A DNA stretch of 64,000 nt from Candidatus Bathyarchaeia archaeon (GCA_038882955.1 JAVZNC010000002.1:128001-192000), one strand, 5' to 3'; numbered from the stretch's first letter, positions 28,923-38,487 are shown. Made by a program: numbers and translations. The notes: a model not told the origin generated them from the letters alone.

Positions 28923-29519
28923 GTGTTGAAATTGACTAAAGAAAATCTAATTGGTATAGACTTGGCTGGAAAGACAAAAAATCCGACTGGAATTGCCCTA
29001 TGGAAGCAAAAAACCATAAAGGCGTGCCTTGCCCATACAGATGGTGAAATTCTAACGTGTGTCAAAAGCTTTAAGCCGTCGATTGTAGCAATAGACGCGC
29101 CCCTTAAGCTCCCAAAAGTTGGAACCTTGCGTAAGACTGACAGGGAAATGATAAAAATGGGATACCACGTTTTCCCCCCAATTCTTCCAGCTATGAAGGC
29201 TTTAACCTTAAGAGCAATTAAGTTAAATGAGCTAATAAAGAAGGAAGGCTTCAAAACGTTGGAAGTGCATCCAACATCAACCAGAAAAGCTTTAGGCATG
29301 CCGACAAAAGATTGGGGAAAAATTCAAGTCATCCTAAAAAAGATAGGTTTAAAGGGAGACACTCAAGTGCGTACTCTAACGCCTCACGAAATAGACGCCA
29401 TAACAGCAGCCTTAACAGCGTATCTCCACATTAGAGGTGAAACGGAAAACATCGGAGACGAAGAAGAAGGTTTCATAAGTGTTCCAAAAAGGCAAGATTG
29501 GAGAAAACTTAGGCTATGA
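28923..29519 (+). CDS. DUF429 RNase-H-fold putative nuclease
   Basis: GIDLA, AIDAPL, EVHP and HEIDA motifs. Confidence 0.85.
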   Translation: MLKLTKENLIGIDLAGKTKNPTGIALWKQKTIKACLAHTDGEILTCVKSFKPSIVAIDAPLKLPKVGTLRKTDREMIKMGYHVFPPILPAMKALTLRAIKLNELIKKEGFKTLEVHPTSTRKALGMPTKDWGKIQVILKKIGLKGDTQVRTLTPHEIDAITAALTAYLHIRGETENIGDEEEGFISVPKRQDWRKLRL

Positions 29520-31078
29520 GCGAAACAGAAAAACTACAAAAGGCCGTAGAGTTAACAATTGCCGCAGGATACCAACTAAACAAGGACGCGTTCGAATTCC
29601 TGAAATCAATAACTTCGACAGAAGATCCAACAGAAATAATCGGTAAGGCGCTGAAAAAGGTGAACGCGTTAAAGGAAAAACCCTTGTTTATCGAGAAAAG
29701 CTTTCTAGAAAACTTGTTAAAGGAAGAAGCCCTTGCAAAGGAACACCCCCCGCCAGCACCATTAATAGAAAAACATGTGGAAGACTTACAAGAGCCACGT
29801 CTAACAGAGGCAAAAAAGCCATATCGCCCCCTCGCAAAAGAATTTGAACCAGACATTAAGGTTCTTGAAGACCCAACGGAGAAGCTAAGTTCAAGCGGGA
29901 CTTTGGAAGATTATCTGGAGTATTTTAGGGATAGATTTAGGCGCATGGAGAAACTTTTGAGACAGAGAATAGACGTTAGAGGCGCATTGTCAATCATTGA
30001 CGCCTTAAAGGCTCCAGCAAACACGAAACTCAAAGTAATCTGCATGATAACTGAAAAAAGGGAATTACAACAAAAGGTACTTTTAACGGTTGAGGATCTA
30101 AGGGCTTCCGTAACAGTTCTGGTGCCCCAAAATGCCAAGAAAGAAGTCTTAGAAAAGGCGCGTTCAGTTTTACCTGACCAAGTTGTCTGTTTGGATGTGA
30201 CAAAAACGAGGAGCAGTTTGCTAATAGTAGAGGACATAATCTTGCCAGACGTAGCATCAAAAGTTCCAGGTAAGGCACCTCTACCAGTTTACGCCGTGCT
30301 TACATCTGACATGCATGTTGGAAGTGCAAAGTTTCAACGTGAAGCATTTAACAATTTCATATTGTGGCTTAATGGGAAATATGGAGATGAGAGACTACGC
30401 GATATTGCAAGCCACGTTAAATATGTGATAATTGCAGGCGATATTGTCGACGGGATAGGCGTTTATCCCAACCAGCTGAAAGAATTGACAATTAAGAACA
30501 TTTATGGACAATACGAAAAGGCTGCACAGTTCATCGAGCAAATACCGGACTACATAGAAGTGGTGATAATACCCGGAAACCACGACGCCCCAAGAAAAGC
30601 GTTACCCCAACCAGCAATCTCTAATGCCTTTCTGGAAACACTACAAACATCAAGAAAAGTGCACTCGCTTGGAAACCCATGCCGCGTCAGCCTCCACAAT
30701 GTGGAACTACTACTGTACCATGGACGAAGCTTGGATGACATAACCTCAACCGTCCCAGGAGCCAACATAAACCACCCGGAAAAGGCAATGACTTTACTTT
30801 TGCAATCACGCCATTTAGCGCCAATATATGGTGGAAAAACCCCATTAGCACCAGAAACCAGAGACTTTCTTGTCATAGAGCATGTACCAGACATTTTCCA
30901 CGCTGGGCATGTTCACATTTTAGGATATGCTAACTATCGTGGAGTGCTCGTCGTAAATTCTGGGGGTTGGCAGGAGCAGACGAATTACATGCGCAGAATG
31001 GGAGTAGTTCCAACACCTGGAAAAGTTCCCGTAGTCAACCTTCAAACTCTCGAAGTTAGCGTTCTATCATTCAGCTAA
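29516..31078 (+). CDS. polB: DNA polymerase D small (exonuclease) subunit DP1
   Basis: SDMHVGS, GDIVDG, PGNHD, YHG, HLAP and GHVH motifs. Confidence 0.96.
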   Translation: MSETEKLQKAVELTIAAGYQLNKDAFEFLKSITSTEDPTEIIGKALKKVNALKEKPLFIEKSFLENLLKEEALAKEHPPPAPLIEKHVEDLQEPRLTEAKKPYRPLAKEFEPDIKVLEDPTEKLSSSGTLEDYLEYFRDRFRRMEKLLRQRIDVRGALSIIDALKAPANTKLKVICMITEKRELQQKVLLTVEDLRASVTVLVPQNAKKEVLEKARSVLPDQVVCLDVTKTRSSLLIVEDIILPDVASKVPGKAPLPVYAVLTSDMHVGSAKFQREAFNNFILWLNGKYGDERLRDIASHVKYVIIAGDIVDGIGVYPNQLKELTIKNIYGQYEKAAQFIEQIPDYIEVVIIPGNHDAPRKALPQPAISNAFLETLQTSRKVHSLGNPCRVSLHNVELLLYHGRSLDDITSTVPGANINHPEKAMTLLLQSRHLAPIYGGKTPLAPETRDFLVIEHVPDIFHAGHVHILGYANYRGVLVVNSGGWQEQTNYMRRMGVVPTPGKVPVVNLQTLEVSVLSFS

Positions 31079-31638
31079 GAAATGCCCCTGGCAATAAGCC
31101 TTGCGACGCGCAATGGTTCTGGTATCCGCCCAAAAAAAGAGAAGGCTTGTATAAGTGCTTGCGCCCATTCGACTGTTTCGCCTATAGTCTCTATGTAAAC
31201 TGGCTCGGCATCCTCAATCACCTGCACCTTGTGAACTTCACCAAGTTTTTCGAATATGCTCCATCGTATTTCCCAATCCTTAAAATGCCTTTTAAGTGCG
31301 CGTTTCACGGCCACGTTATCCGGCTCTGCTCTAGAGATCACCACCACGGGTTTCCCATATCTCTCATGTATTACTGTCGGGTCTATGATGTTGAAGCCTG
31401 CGAAAGAAACTCCTGAAAGGAGAACAGCTCCAAAACTCCATCCTTTAACCATATTTAATAGAACTTCAGTTGCGTCCATCCCATCAACGGTGACGTTAGT
31501 AGTGTGCACGTCTTCAATTTTTGTTTCTAGAAACAGCACGGCTACAAGTTTGGTTTTTCTGGTAATGCCCTTTTTGAAACTTCCATCTTCAACTCCTACC
31601 ACGGGAATTCTTCGAAAGGCATTTTGGCGCATAATCAA
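31075..31638 (-). CDS. DUF99 endonuclease-V-like protein
   Basis: GVEDG, VDGMDAT, GFNIID and PEPLRVARLIA motifs. Confidence 0.88.
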   Translation of the reverse strand: MIMRQNAFRRIPVVGVEDGSFKKGITRKTKLVAVLFLETKIEDVHTTNVTVDGMDATEVLLNMVKGWSFGAVLLSGVSFAGFNIIDPTVIHERYGKPVVVISRAEPDNVAVKRALKRHFKDWEIRWSIFEKLGEVHKVQVIEDAEPVYIETIGETVEWAQALIQAFSFFGRIPEPLRVARLIARGIS

Positions 31639-32839
31639 TCAAACGCCCAAGCCTAACGTCATTACCAAACACGTCTCTAATAAGACTACGGGCTATTTCC
31701 AGCCTAATCTTTTTTGTGCGCCCATAACGCCCCATACTTATGACTTTCGCATTAAGCAGCCCCATGGCGTCAAGCTCGTTCACAAGTGTTCCTAAACGCC
31801 TCTGCGTCAAAGGTGCAACACCCAACTCTCCGCATAACTCTCCATAGACCTCGTAAATTTCGCCTGTAATGGTGCTACTAACACCCGCTCTGTCCAAATG
31901 ATACACACTTAAGACTACAAGCTTTGAATGCAAAGTCAAATCTTTCAGTGCTTCGACAACGCGGTTGTGTTCTATGTGCTTTTCAGCCTCCCGCACATGT
32001 TCTTCTGTAACAATAGAAGCACCAACACGTTCAGCAACCTCGCCAGAAACCCGCAGCAAATCTAACGCTCGTCTAGCATCACCATGCTCAGCAGCAGCTA
32101 ATGCAGCGCATAAGCTCAGCGCAGATTCAGACAAGGCGTTTTCGTTGAAAGCCATCTTGGCGCGCTCTAACAATATGTTCCTAAGTTCATTCGCGTCATA
32201 GGGCCTAAAAACAATCTCCTCTTCACTAAGCGAACTAAAAACACGCGGATCAAAAAATTCCTTAAGCCGTAGATCATTCGAAATACCAATCAAAGATAGC
32301 TTACTTTGCTGTAAAGTTTCATTTATCCTAGTTAATTCATATAGAAGCCCGTCTCCACGCGCTTTTATCAAAGCGTCTACCTCATCCAAAACCACTATAA
32401 AAATCAGCTGCGCCGTATCCAGCGCGGTTCGAAATCTGTCAAAAACTTCACCAACAGATAATCCTGTGAAAGGCACGTATGTTCCAATGCTTTGGCACAG
32501 ATTTGTGAAAACACGATATCCGGAGCCAGCCATCCGGCAATTTACATAACAAAACTTGACGGGTGCACCATACTCCTTCGCCTTAACTTCGAGGTGACTT
32601 AAAACATATTTTGTAACAGCAGTCTTTCCAGTCCCTGTTTTGCCGTAAATAAAAACGTTTGAACAACGTTCCTTTTTTAAGACAGGAGCCACTTTTTCGC
32701 CCAGTAGTCTAATTTGTTCCTCGCGATGTGGCAATCTGTTTGGCAAGTAATCATGCCGCAACACACTTCTATCTTTGAATATCTTCGCGTTGCCAATGAA
32801 GTTCGTGAATAACTCGTCAAGAATTTTTGTGTCACTCAT
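31589..32839 (-). CDS. cdc6: Orc1/Cdc6 replication initiator
   Basis: LPHRE, GKTGTGKT, LDEVD, GDARRALDLL and wHTH GRYGRT motifs. Confidence 0.97.
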   Translation of the reverse strand: MSDTKILDELFTNFIGNAKIFKDRSVLRHDYLPNRLPHREEQIRLLGEKVAPVLKKERCSNVFIYGKTGTGKTAVTKYVLSHLEVKAKEYGAPVKFCYVNCRMAGSGYRVFTNLCQSIGTYVPFTGLSVGEVFDRFRTALDTAQLIFIVVLDEVDALIKARGDGLLYELTRINETLQQSKLSLIGISNDLRLKEFFDPRVFSSLSEEEIVFRPYDANELRNILLERAKMAFNENALSESALSLCAALAAAEHGDARRALDLLRVSGEVAERVGASIVTEEHVREAEKHIEHNRVVEALKDLTLHSKLVVLSVYHLDRAGVSSTITGEIYEVYGELCGELGVAPLTQRRLGTLVNELDAMGLLNAKVISMGRYGRTKKIRLEIARSLIRDVFGNDVRLGRLIDYAPKCLSKNSRGRS

Positions 32840-33561
32840 CTTGGAGCCTTCTCCAATATTTCAAAGGATATGCCTACTCTTCCTTTGGAGTAATAAATGT
32901 CTCACTACAGAAAACTAAATTCAAATTTTAACAAACTTTTAAAGTCAACATAAAAAGATGTTTCAAGTCACACCCCACAATTTCCTCTGGAATCTTTTTC
33001 ACCCTTAAGGGTAATGTTGATTTCTTCTTTAAAATGAAGAAATATACTCTGGAAGGTAAAGAATAAAAGTACAATTATAAAACTTGTAGTTAAAAAAGTT
33101 AGATTTGTTGATACCTTTGCTTCTAGCAACTAGCAGGTGTAAAAGTGCGGTTTTCCAATGGAAAAATAGGGGTGCGCTAGAATAAGATTAAACAATCTTA
33201 ATGTTTGTTCCCGTTCCTACTTTGTTGCTCTTTGCAACTTTTCACCATTTTTAATTGCTAGAAACCCTTCACAGATTGTGATACTTATGTGAAGTTTAAG
33301 AGAAAATGCTTCTTTTTTCTGCTTAATCTGGAAAAATTGCCGTTTTCATGCGATTTAACTGTGAACTTGGCACCCCTGCCTTTCTACTGGAGAATTATAC
33401 TTAGTTCTTTTCCTGTTAGGAAATCAAAAATTAAGAAACTGTGAACTTTGTAAAGGTTGAAAATTTGAATTTTTTCCTTTTTTTCGGTTTTTAAGCGCTA
33501 TTTTACGCCTTTTATGTGCAATTTTTCACCATAACACCTATAACTTGTTAACTGCAAAGTT
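32840..33561. other. Replication origin (oriC) with three ORB elements and AT-rich unwinding region
   Basis: ORBs TTCCAGAGGAAATTGTGGGGTG (32971-32992, -), TTCCAATGGAAAAATAGGGGTG (33153-33174, +), CTCCAGTAGAAAGGCAGGGGTG (33371-33392, -); 720-bp AT-rich gap upstream of cdc6. Confidence 0.9.
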
Positions 33562-34017
33562 GTGAATACACCTAGGTGCACAATGTTAATGCCTGCCCGA
33601 AAGATGCGAGTTGAGCTATTCGACGAAGACGGTAATCGCTATACAATATCATTCGAAGGTCAAATTACTAGAGAGAAGGCTCTTCGCCTTCTAGACCTAG
33701 TAGAACTCTTGGGCGGTGTGCCAACTAGCAGAGGCAACGAAACGAACAGGGGCGTTTTGGAAAATGATTTTTCTAAATACGCTAAGGTACGCGTTGTTGT
33801 TCAGAAGCACTTCCCGCTGGTGTGGTTTACATCACATGACGTTCAACTGGCTTACGAACAAGAATTTAAGGAGCCTATAGGGCTTAGCACAGTGGCAACA
33901 TACCTTTCCAGAATGTCAAGTAAGGGCTTACTCCTGCGGGCGGGGGCTTCAAGAACCCTAAAGTACAAGTTGGCAACCAGCTATCCGAAGGCAATTATTG
34001 AAAAGCAAACACCTTAA
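33562..34017 (+). CDS. Origin-adjacent winged-helix DNA-binding protein
   Basis: C-terminal wHTH (FTSHDV..IGLSTVATYLSRM..GLL..YKL); start may be ATG 33583 or 33589. Confidence 0.8.
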   Translation: MNTPRCTMLMPARKMRVELFDEDGNRYTISFEGQITREKALRLLDLVELLGGVPTSRGNETNRGVLENDFSKYAKVRVVVQKHFPLVWFTSHDVQLAYEQEFKEPIGLSTVATYLSRMSSKGLLLRAGASRTLKYKLATSYPKAIIEKQTP

Positions 34018-34019
34018 AT

Positions 34020-34748
34020 TTATGATTGCTGCTGGGCGGGCTCGCTTTCCGTCCGCTTTAACAGCTTTCGCATCTCCTCTTTTACACTGTATTTAAATGG
34101 AATTCTACTAGTATCTCTGTCCAAATAGCCTTCCTCGTAGAGTTTCTTCATCAACCGCGCGGTGTGCTCCCTACTAAGCTTAATTCTCTCCTTTATTTCT
34201 GGCGCGGTTTTAGGGCCTTCAGAAGCCAGCATGTCCAGAACTGACACCTCCGTTTCAGTAAGCGGCGCCAAAGCCTTCTCCCGCTTTATAGGAATTGCTG
34301 CTTCAATTTTAGCATCTGAAATGACTGCAGGATGCTTTACTCGTTCCTCAACCATAGAAAGGCGCGCAGCCAAATCCCTTTGCATAGTCATGCTTTCCTG
34401 CAATGCTTTGGCTATTTCATCCACTTTCCTTGTAGTAACTTCTTTTTCACTTACTAATGAGCCGACTCTAGCCTCTAAAGACTCAATTTTCTTGCAAGCA
34501 TCCTCAGCTGCCTTCTTTGCGCTGTCACCTTTCGAGGCTGCGGCATCAACTTTATATGCAATTAAACTAACCCTTTCCGCTTCCTGCTTCAATTGCCTGT
34601 TAAAACTAAAAACTATGTCACCAACAACCGCTTTTGCACTTTCATATTCCTTTCGCACCTTCTGAAGCTGCCTATAATAGGCATAACAAACGGCAACGGT
34701 TAACGCTGCTAAGATTATGGTAAACACCCAAACTTCCACATCAACCAC
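34020..34748 (-). CDS. Membrane-anchored coiled-coil protein with C-terminal MarR-like wHTH
   Basis: N-terminal TM helix, ~110-aa heptad-like region, then LTETE..TAPEI..LSREHTARLMKKLYEEGYL. Confidence 0.85.
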   Translation of the reverse strand: MVDVEVWVFTIILAALTVAVCYAYYRQLQKVRKEYESAKAVVGDIVFSFNRQLKQEAERVSLIAYKVDAAASKGDSAKKAAEDACKKIESLEARVGSLVSEKEVTTRKVDEIAKALQESMTMQRDLAARLSMVEERVKHPAVISDAKIEAAIPIKREKALAPLTETEVSVLDMLASEGPKTAPEIKERIKLSREHTARLMKKLYEEGYLDRDTSRIPFKYSVKEEMRKLLKRTESEPAQQQS

Positions 34749-34777
34749 TTCCGTGATTCACTTGTGATTTACCTACA

Positions 34778-35004
34778 GACATCACACATCACAGTTTACA
34801 TGTAAAGGATTTAAAGCTTATGTTATTTCTCAGCGTAAAATAACCTCATGACATCACACATCACAAAAATGCGTAAACAGATGGCATGTTCAATGTTAAG
34901 GTAACGCCTTAATTTTGAACGTTTTTCCGATTTAAAGCCGATTTTTGCCAGCAGAAAAGTTAAGATAAAGGAGCATATAAAACTTTCATGTGACTTGTGA
35001 TGTC
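34778..35004. repeat. GACATCACACATCACA repeats (two exact direct copies, one inverted 14/16 copy)
   Basis: 34778-34793, 34850-34865 and inverted 34989-35004; another exact copy at 36897-36912. Confidence 0.8.
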
Positions 35005-35470
35005 ACATATCGCTTGCCGAAGTATCTGATAGCTTTTTTAAGCTTGTTTCGAGTTCTTCTCTGATAATTTTTATGATTTTTAGGTTTTCACTTGTGTTTG
35101 CTATGCTTTTATGGGCCTCTACATATTCTTTTAACCTGTTTGCTATTTCGATGTAGGGGTCGAGAGTTGTACTTTCAAAAACGCCTAAGTATCCTAAAAG
35201 CAGTATGGTGTATATGGACTTTATGACGTTTCCTTTGGCCTGTTTTAAAGTTCTGTTGAATGCACCGCGGCTTATTTTCGCCTTTGTTAACCTCAATCTG
35301 GCTTTTTCATCGTAATTTAGGGTTTTTCCTGATATATTCTCGGCTAAAATGTCTATAAGTAACGTTTCAAGCTGCGTTTTCGTTAAGTGGCTATTTTTGT
35401 AGAGTAATTCTGCTATGGGGTCATTTAAAGAGTGTGTTAACCATAAGTGAATGTTTTCTTTCAGCTTCAA
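35003..35470 (-). CDS. Hypothetical protein with HTH-like segment
   Basis: SHLTKTQLE...ISRGAFNRTLKQAK pattern; upstream of the TM-wHTH gene on the same strand. Confidence 0.75.
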   Translation of the reverse strand: MKLKENIHLWLTHSLNDPIAELLYKNSHLTKTQLETLLIDILAENISGKTLNYDEKARLRLTKAKISRGAFNRTLKQAKGNVIKSIYTILLLGYLGVFESTTLDPYIEIANRLKEYVEAHKSIANTSENLKIIKIIREELETSLKKLSDTSASDM

Positions 35471-35612
35471 ACTTTTTCAACCGCCGACCTTTTATATGAA
35501 TACAGATTTGTATACAAGGTCCCTTTAAACCTTGCTTAAAACATACGTTTCACATTTTTTGCAACGCAAATATTTTATTCTCAGGAGACCAGTGCATAAT
35601 AAGGGAAACTCG

Positions 35613-36785
35613 TTGACTTCTCAATTTAAGCCCGCAGAACGCCTAAAAAACGTAAAACCTTCTGGAATTCGCCGATTTTTCGCTTTAACCCAAGAAATGC
35701 CAGACGCGATCAACCTCAGCGTAGGGGAACCAGACTTTTCCCCTCCGCAACACGCGATAGAAATGGGTTTGAAAGCGGCGAAAGGGGGGAAAACACATTA
35801 CACTCCTACTAATGGCATCCCAGAGTTGCGCGAGGCATTAGCCAAAAAAGCCTTCCGTGAATACGGGCTTAACTATGACCCTAACTCAGAAATATTAATT
35901 ACATCAGGAGGGATTGAAGCCATTTTTCTGGCGCTTTTCGGCTTCGTAAATCCTGGTGATGAAGTTTTGATTCCAGATCCAGGTTTTGTGTGCTACGAGC
36001 CCTGCGTTCGCTTGGCGGGGGGTGTTCCGGTTTCTGTTCCTTTAGTGGAGGAAAATGGATTCAAGCCTTCTGTTGATAATGTGATGTCACTTATCACGGA
36101 TAGGTCACGTGTGATTATTCTGAACTATCCTAACAATCCTACTGGGGCAGCCCTTTCCTTTGATGATGCGGCGGTGTTGGCGAAGATTGCTGTTGAGCGT
36201 GACCTTATTGTGATTTCTGATGAGGTTTATGAAAAAATACTCTATGATGGGACTAAACACTATTGCCTTGCAACCTTCCCTGGGATGCGTGAACGCACAT
36301 TGGTTGTTAATTCCTTTTCCAAGACTTACGCGATGACAGGGCTGCGTATTGGCTTCGTTTACGGTCCTAAAGAGCTAATTTCGCCTCTGTGGCTGATACA
36401 CCAGCATACAATTGCATGCATTAATAGTATCACTCAGTATGTTGCGTTGGCTGCGCTGGAGGGACCGCAAGACTTTGTAGAGGAGATGGTTGTGGAGTTT
36501 GATAGGAGAAGGCAAATGGTTTGTAAGAGGCTTAATGAGATGGGAAGACTTAACTGCTCACTTCCAAAAGGCGCTTTTTACGTTTTCCCTAGCATCAAAA
36601 GTTTTGGTGTGCCTTCAGAACAGTTTGCAGAGTACCTTGCAAGACAAGCGCGTGTACTCACTGTTCCAGGATCTTCTTTCGGGCGTTACGGTGAGGGATA
36701 CATAAGAATTTCTTATGCAGCAGCGTATGAACAATTAGAAGAAGCAATGGATAGAATAGAGAAGGCAATTAGGAAACTGCAATAA
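35613..36785 (+). CDS. PLP-dependent class I/II (aspartate-type) aminotransferase
   Basis: GEPDF, PNNPTG, SDEVY and SFSKTYAMTGLRIG motifs; start set at TTG 35613. Confidence 0.93.
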   Translation: MTSQFKPAERLKNVKPSGIRRFFALTQEMPDAINLSVGEPDFSPPQHAIEMGLKAAKGGKTHYTPTNGIPELREALAKKAFREYGLNYDPNSEILITSGGIEAIFLALFGFVNPGDEVLIPDPGFVCYEPCVRLAGGVPVSVPLVEENGFKPSVDNVMSLITDRSRVIILNYPNNPTGAALSFDDAAVLAKIAVERDLIVISDEVYEKILYDGTKHYCLATFPGMRERTLVVNSFSKTYAMTGLRIGFVYGPKELISPLWLIHQHTIACINSITQYVALAALEGPQDFVEEMVVEFDRRRQMVCKRLNEMGRLNCSLPKGAFYVFPSIKSFGVPSEQFAEYLARQARVLTVPGSSFGRYGEGYIRISYAAAYEQLEEAMDRIEKAIRKLQ

Positions 36786-36794
36786 GCGTTAAAA

Positions 36795-37628
36795 CTACAA
36801 GCGCTTAGCGCTTTCCTTCAGTTCATCAAAAAGTTCTGGACGTAAATCTTTAAGTGTAGGCACAAATACTTCCACAGGTTTAACGTCACCGTAATTGACA
36901 TCACACATCACAAGGTCTTCTTCATCGTACTTCGCTTGAGTGAGCACCTTACCATTTGGTCCAACAAGTCTACTTCCTCCCCAGAATTGTAGTCCATCTT
37001 CTATGCCGACGAGATTTACATATGCCAAGAGCACAGCGTTTTCCATTGCCCTAGCAACGGTCAACGTTTCGAAAAAGGTTTTCCTAACTGCCGGCGAAGC
37101 TGATATGCAAACTATCAAGTGGGCACCCTTAAGGCGTGTGAGCCTGCTTAATTCTGGAAAGAAAATGTCATAGCAAATTATTAGCCCAACCTTCCCAAGA
37201 TTTGTGGCGAGCGCCACCGCCTCATAGCCTGGTCTAAAATATCTTTTTTCCTCAAAGACGCTGTGCGTTGGGAGGTGCATCTTGCGATATTTGCCAACAA
37301 AACCTTCGGGGCCTACGAGCACTGCTGAATTGTAGATTGTTGCCTTTGTTTTTTCGCTTAGCTCTGGCATGCCAAAGACTACGTATGCTCCCGCCTTTTT
37401 TGCCATTTTTTCGATAGCCTTTGTTGATGGACCAGGTATTGTTTCTGCTAAATTGTATATTTCATCGCGAACCACGTAGCCAGTTAGCGAAAGCTCTGGG
37501 AAAATTATAAGGTCCGCCTTCTTCTTTGCAGCATTTGTTATAATTTTTTCCATTTTTCTCATGTTTTTTTCCTTATCTGCCCGGTAGCAGCTTATTTGGG
37601 CGAGCGCAACCTTGAAATTCTCCTTCAT
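36795..37628 (-). CDS. Carbon-nitrogen hydrolase (nitrilase family)
   Basis: Catalytic triad FPE, YRK and ICYD. Confidence 0.92.
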   Translation of the reverse strand: MKENFKVALAQISCYRADKEKNMRKMEKIITNAAKKKADLIIFPELSLTGYVVRDEIYNLAETIPGPSTKAIEKMAKKAGAYVVFGMPELSEKTKATIYNSAVLVGPEGFVGKYRKMHLPTHSVFEEKRYFRPGYEAVALATNLGKVGLIICYDIFFPELSRLTRLKGAHLIVCISASPAVRKTFFETLTVARAMENAVLLAYVNLVGIEDGLQFWGGSRLVGPNGKVLTQAKYDEEDLVMCDVNYGDVKPVEVFVPTLKDLRPELFDELKESAKRL

Positions 37629-37644
37629 TTTTTCATCTCCAAAT

Positions 37645-38487
37645 TTAACACACATCCCTTGGGAATCTGAAATCTGCGCCAACAGTCCTATATCCAATTT
37701 TCGCCGTCAATGGCATCCGCCTTTTGTGTTCAGTGGCAAGCCATCTGCGCTTAATTTTTTCGACAAAATCCTCCCTTATGCCTAACTGATTTGCGATTTC
37801 TCTAGTTTCCATGAAATGCTCCAAGCCATAAAGAATCAAATCCAAGACTTCATACTTTATTCCCAACTCCTCTTCTGCAAGCTGTCCCTGCCAGAGTCCC
37901 GGCGATGAAGGTTTTGCTACGATTTCTTCTGGAACACCTATATGCCGTGCAAGTTTTCGAACTTGCGTCTTGTATAAGTCCATGATTGGCGATATGTCTG
38001 CTGCTGCGTCTCCCCACTTTGTAAAGTAGCCCATCATTGTTTCTGACTTGTCTGAACTTCCACATACAAGCATGTTAAGCTTGTTTGCGTAATAGTAGAT
38101 ATAAATCATCCTGGCGCGCGCTTTCATGTTACCCTTGCAGAGATTATCTTGCGCATCAAAGCTTGGTATTGAGCTGTAAAGGGCTTTTAAGACTGGTGTA
38201 ATGTCGATTTTCTCCATTTTTAGGCCGAACTTTTTGGCGACGGCTTCTGCGTGCTTGATATCCTTAACGTTGTATGTTTCTTTTTCTGGCAGCATAAGCC
38301 CAAAAACATTTTTTCCGCCTATTGCGAGTGCAGATAGCGCCGCTACTGTACAACTGTCAATGCCTCCTGATAACCCTAGAACTATGCCATTCACACCAGA
38401 TTTTTTCACATAATCTCTTATGAAGCGTTTTATTTTTGCTTCAACTTCGTTCCAGTCCAATTCAAGAATGTCCAAAGTTAACCTCAA
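37645..38487 (-). CDS. nadE: NAD+ synthetase
   Basis: GLSGGIDS, NMKARAR, GYFTKWGD and DLYKTQV motifs. Confidence 0.96.
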   Translation of the reverse strand: MRLTLDILELDWNEVEAKIKRFIRDYVKKSGVNGIVLGLSGGIDSCTVAALSALAIGGKNVFGLMLPEKETYNVKDIKHAEAVAKKFGLKMEKIDITPVLKALYSSIPSFDAQDNLCKGNMKARARMIYIYYYANKLNMLVCGSSDKSETMMGYFTKWGDAAADISPIMDLYKTQVRKLARHIGVPEEIVAKPSSPGLWQGQLAEEELGIKYEVLDLILYGLEHFMETREIANQLGIREDFVEKIKRRWLATEHKRRMPLTAKIGYRTVGADFRFPRDVC

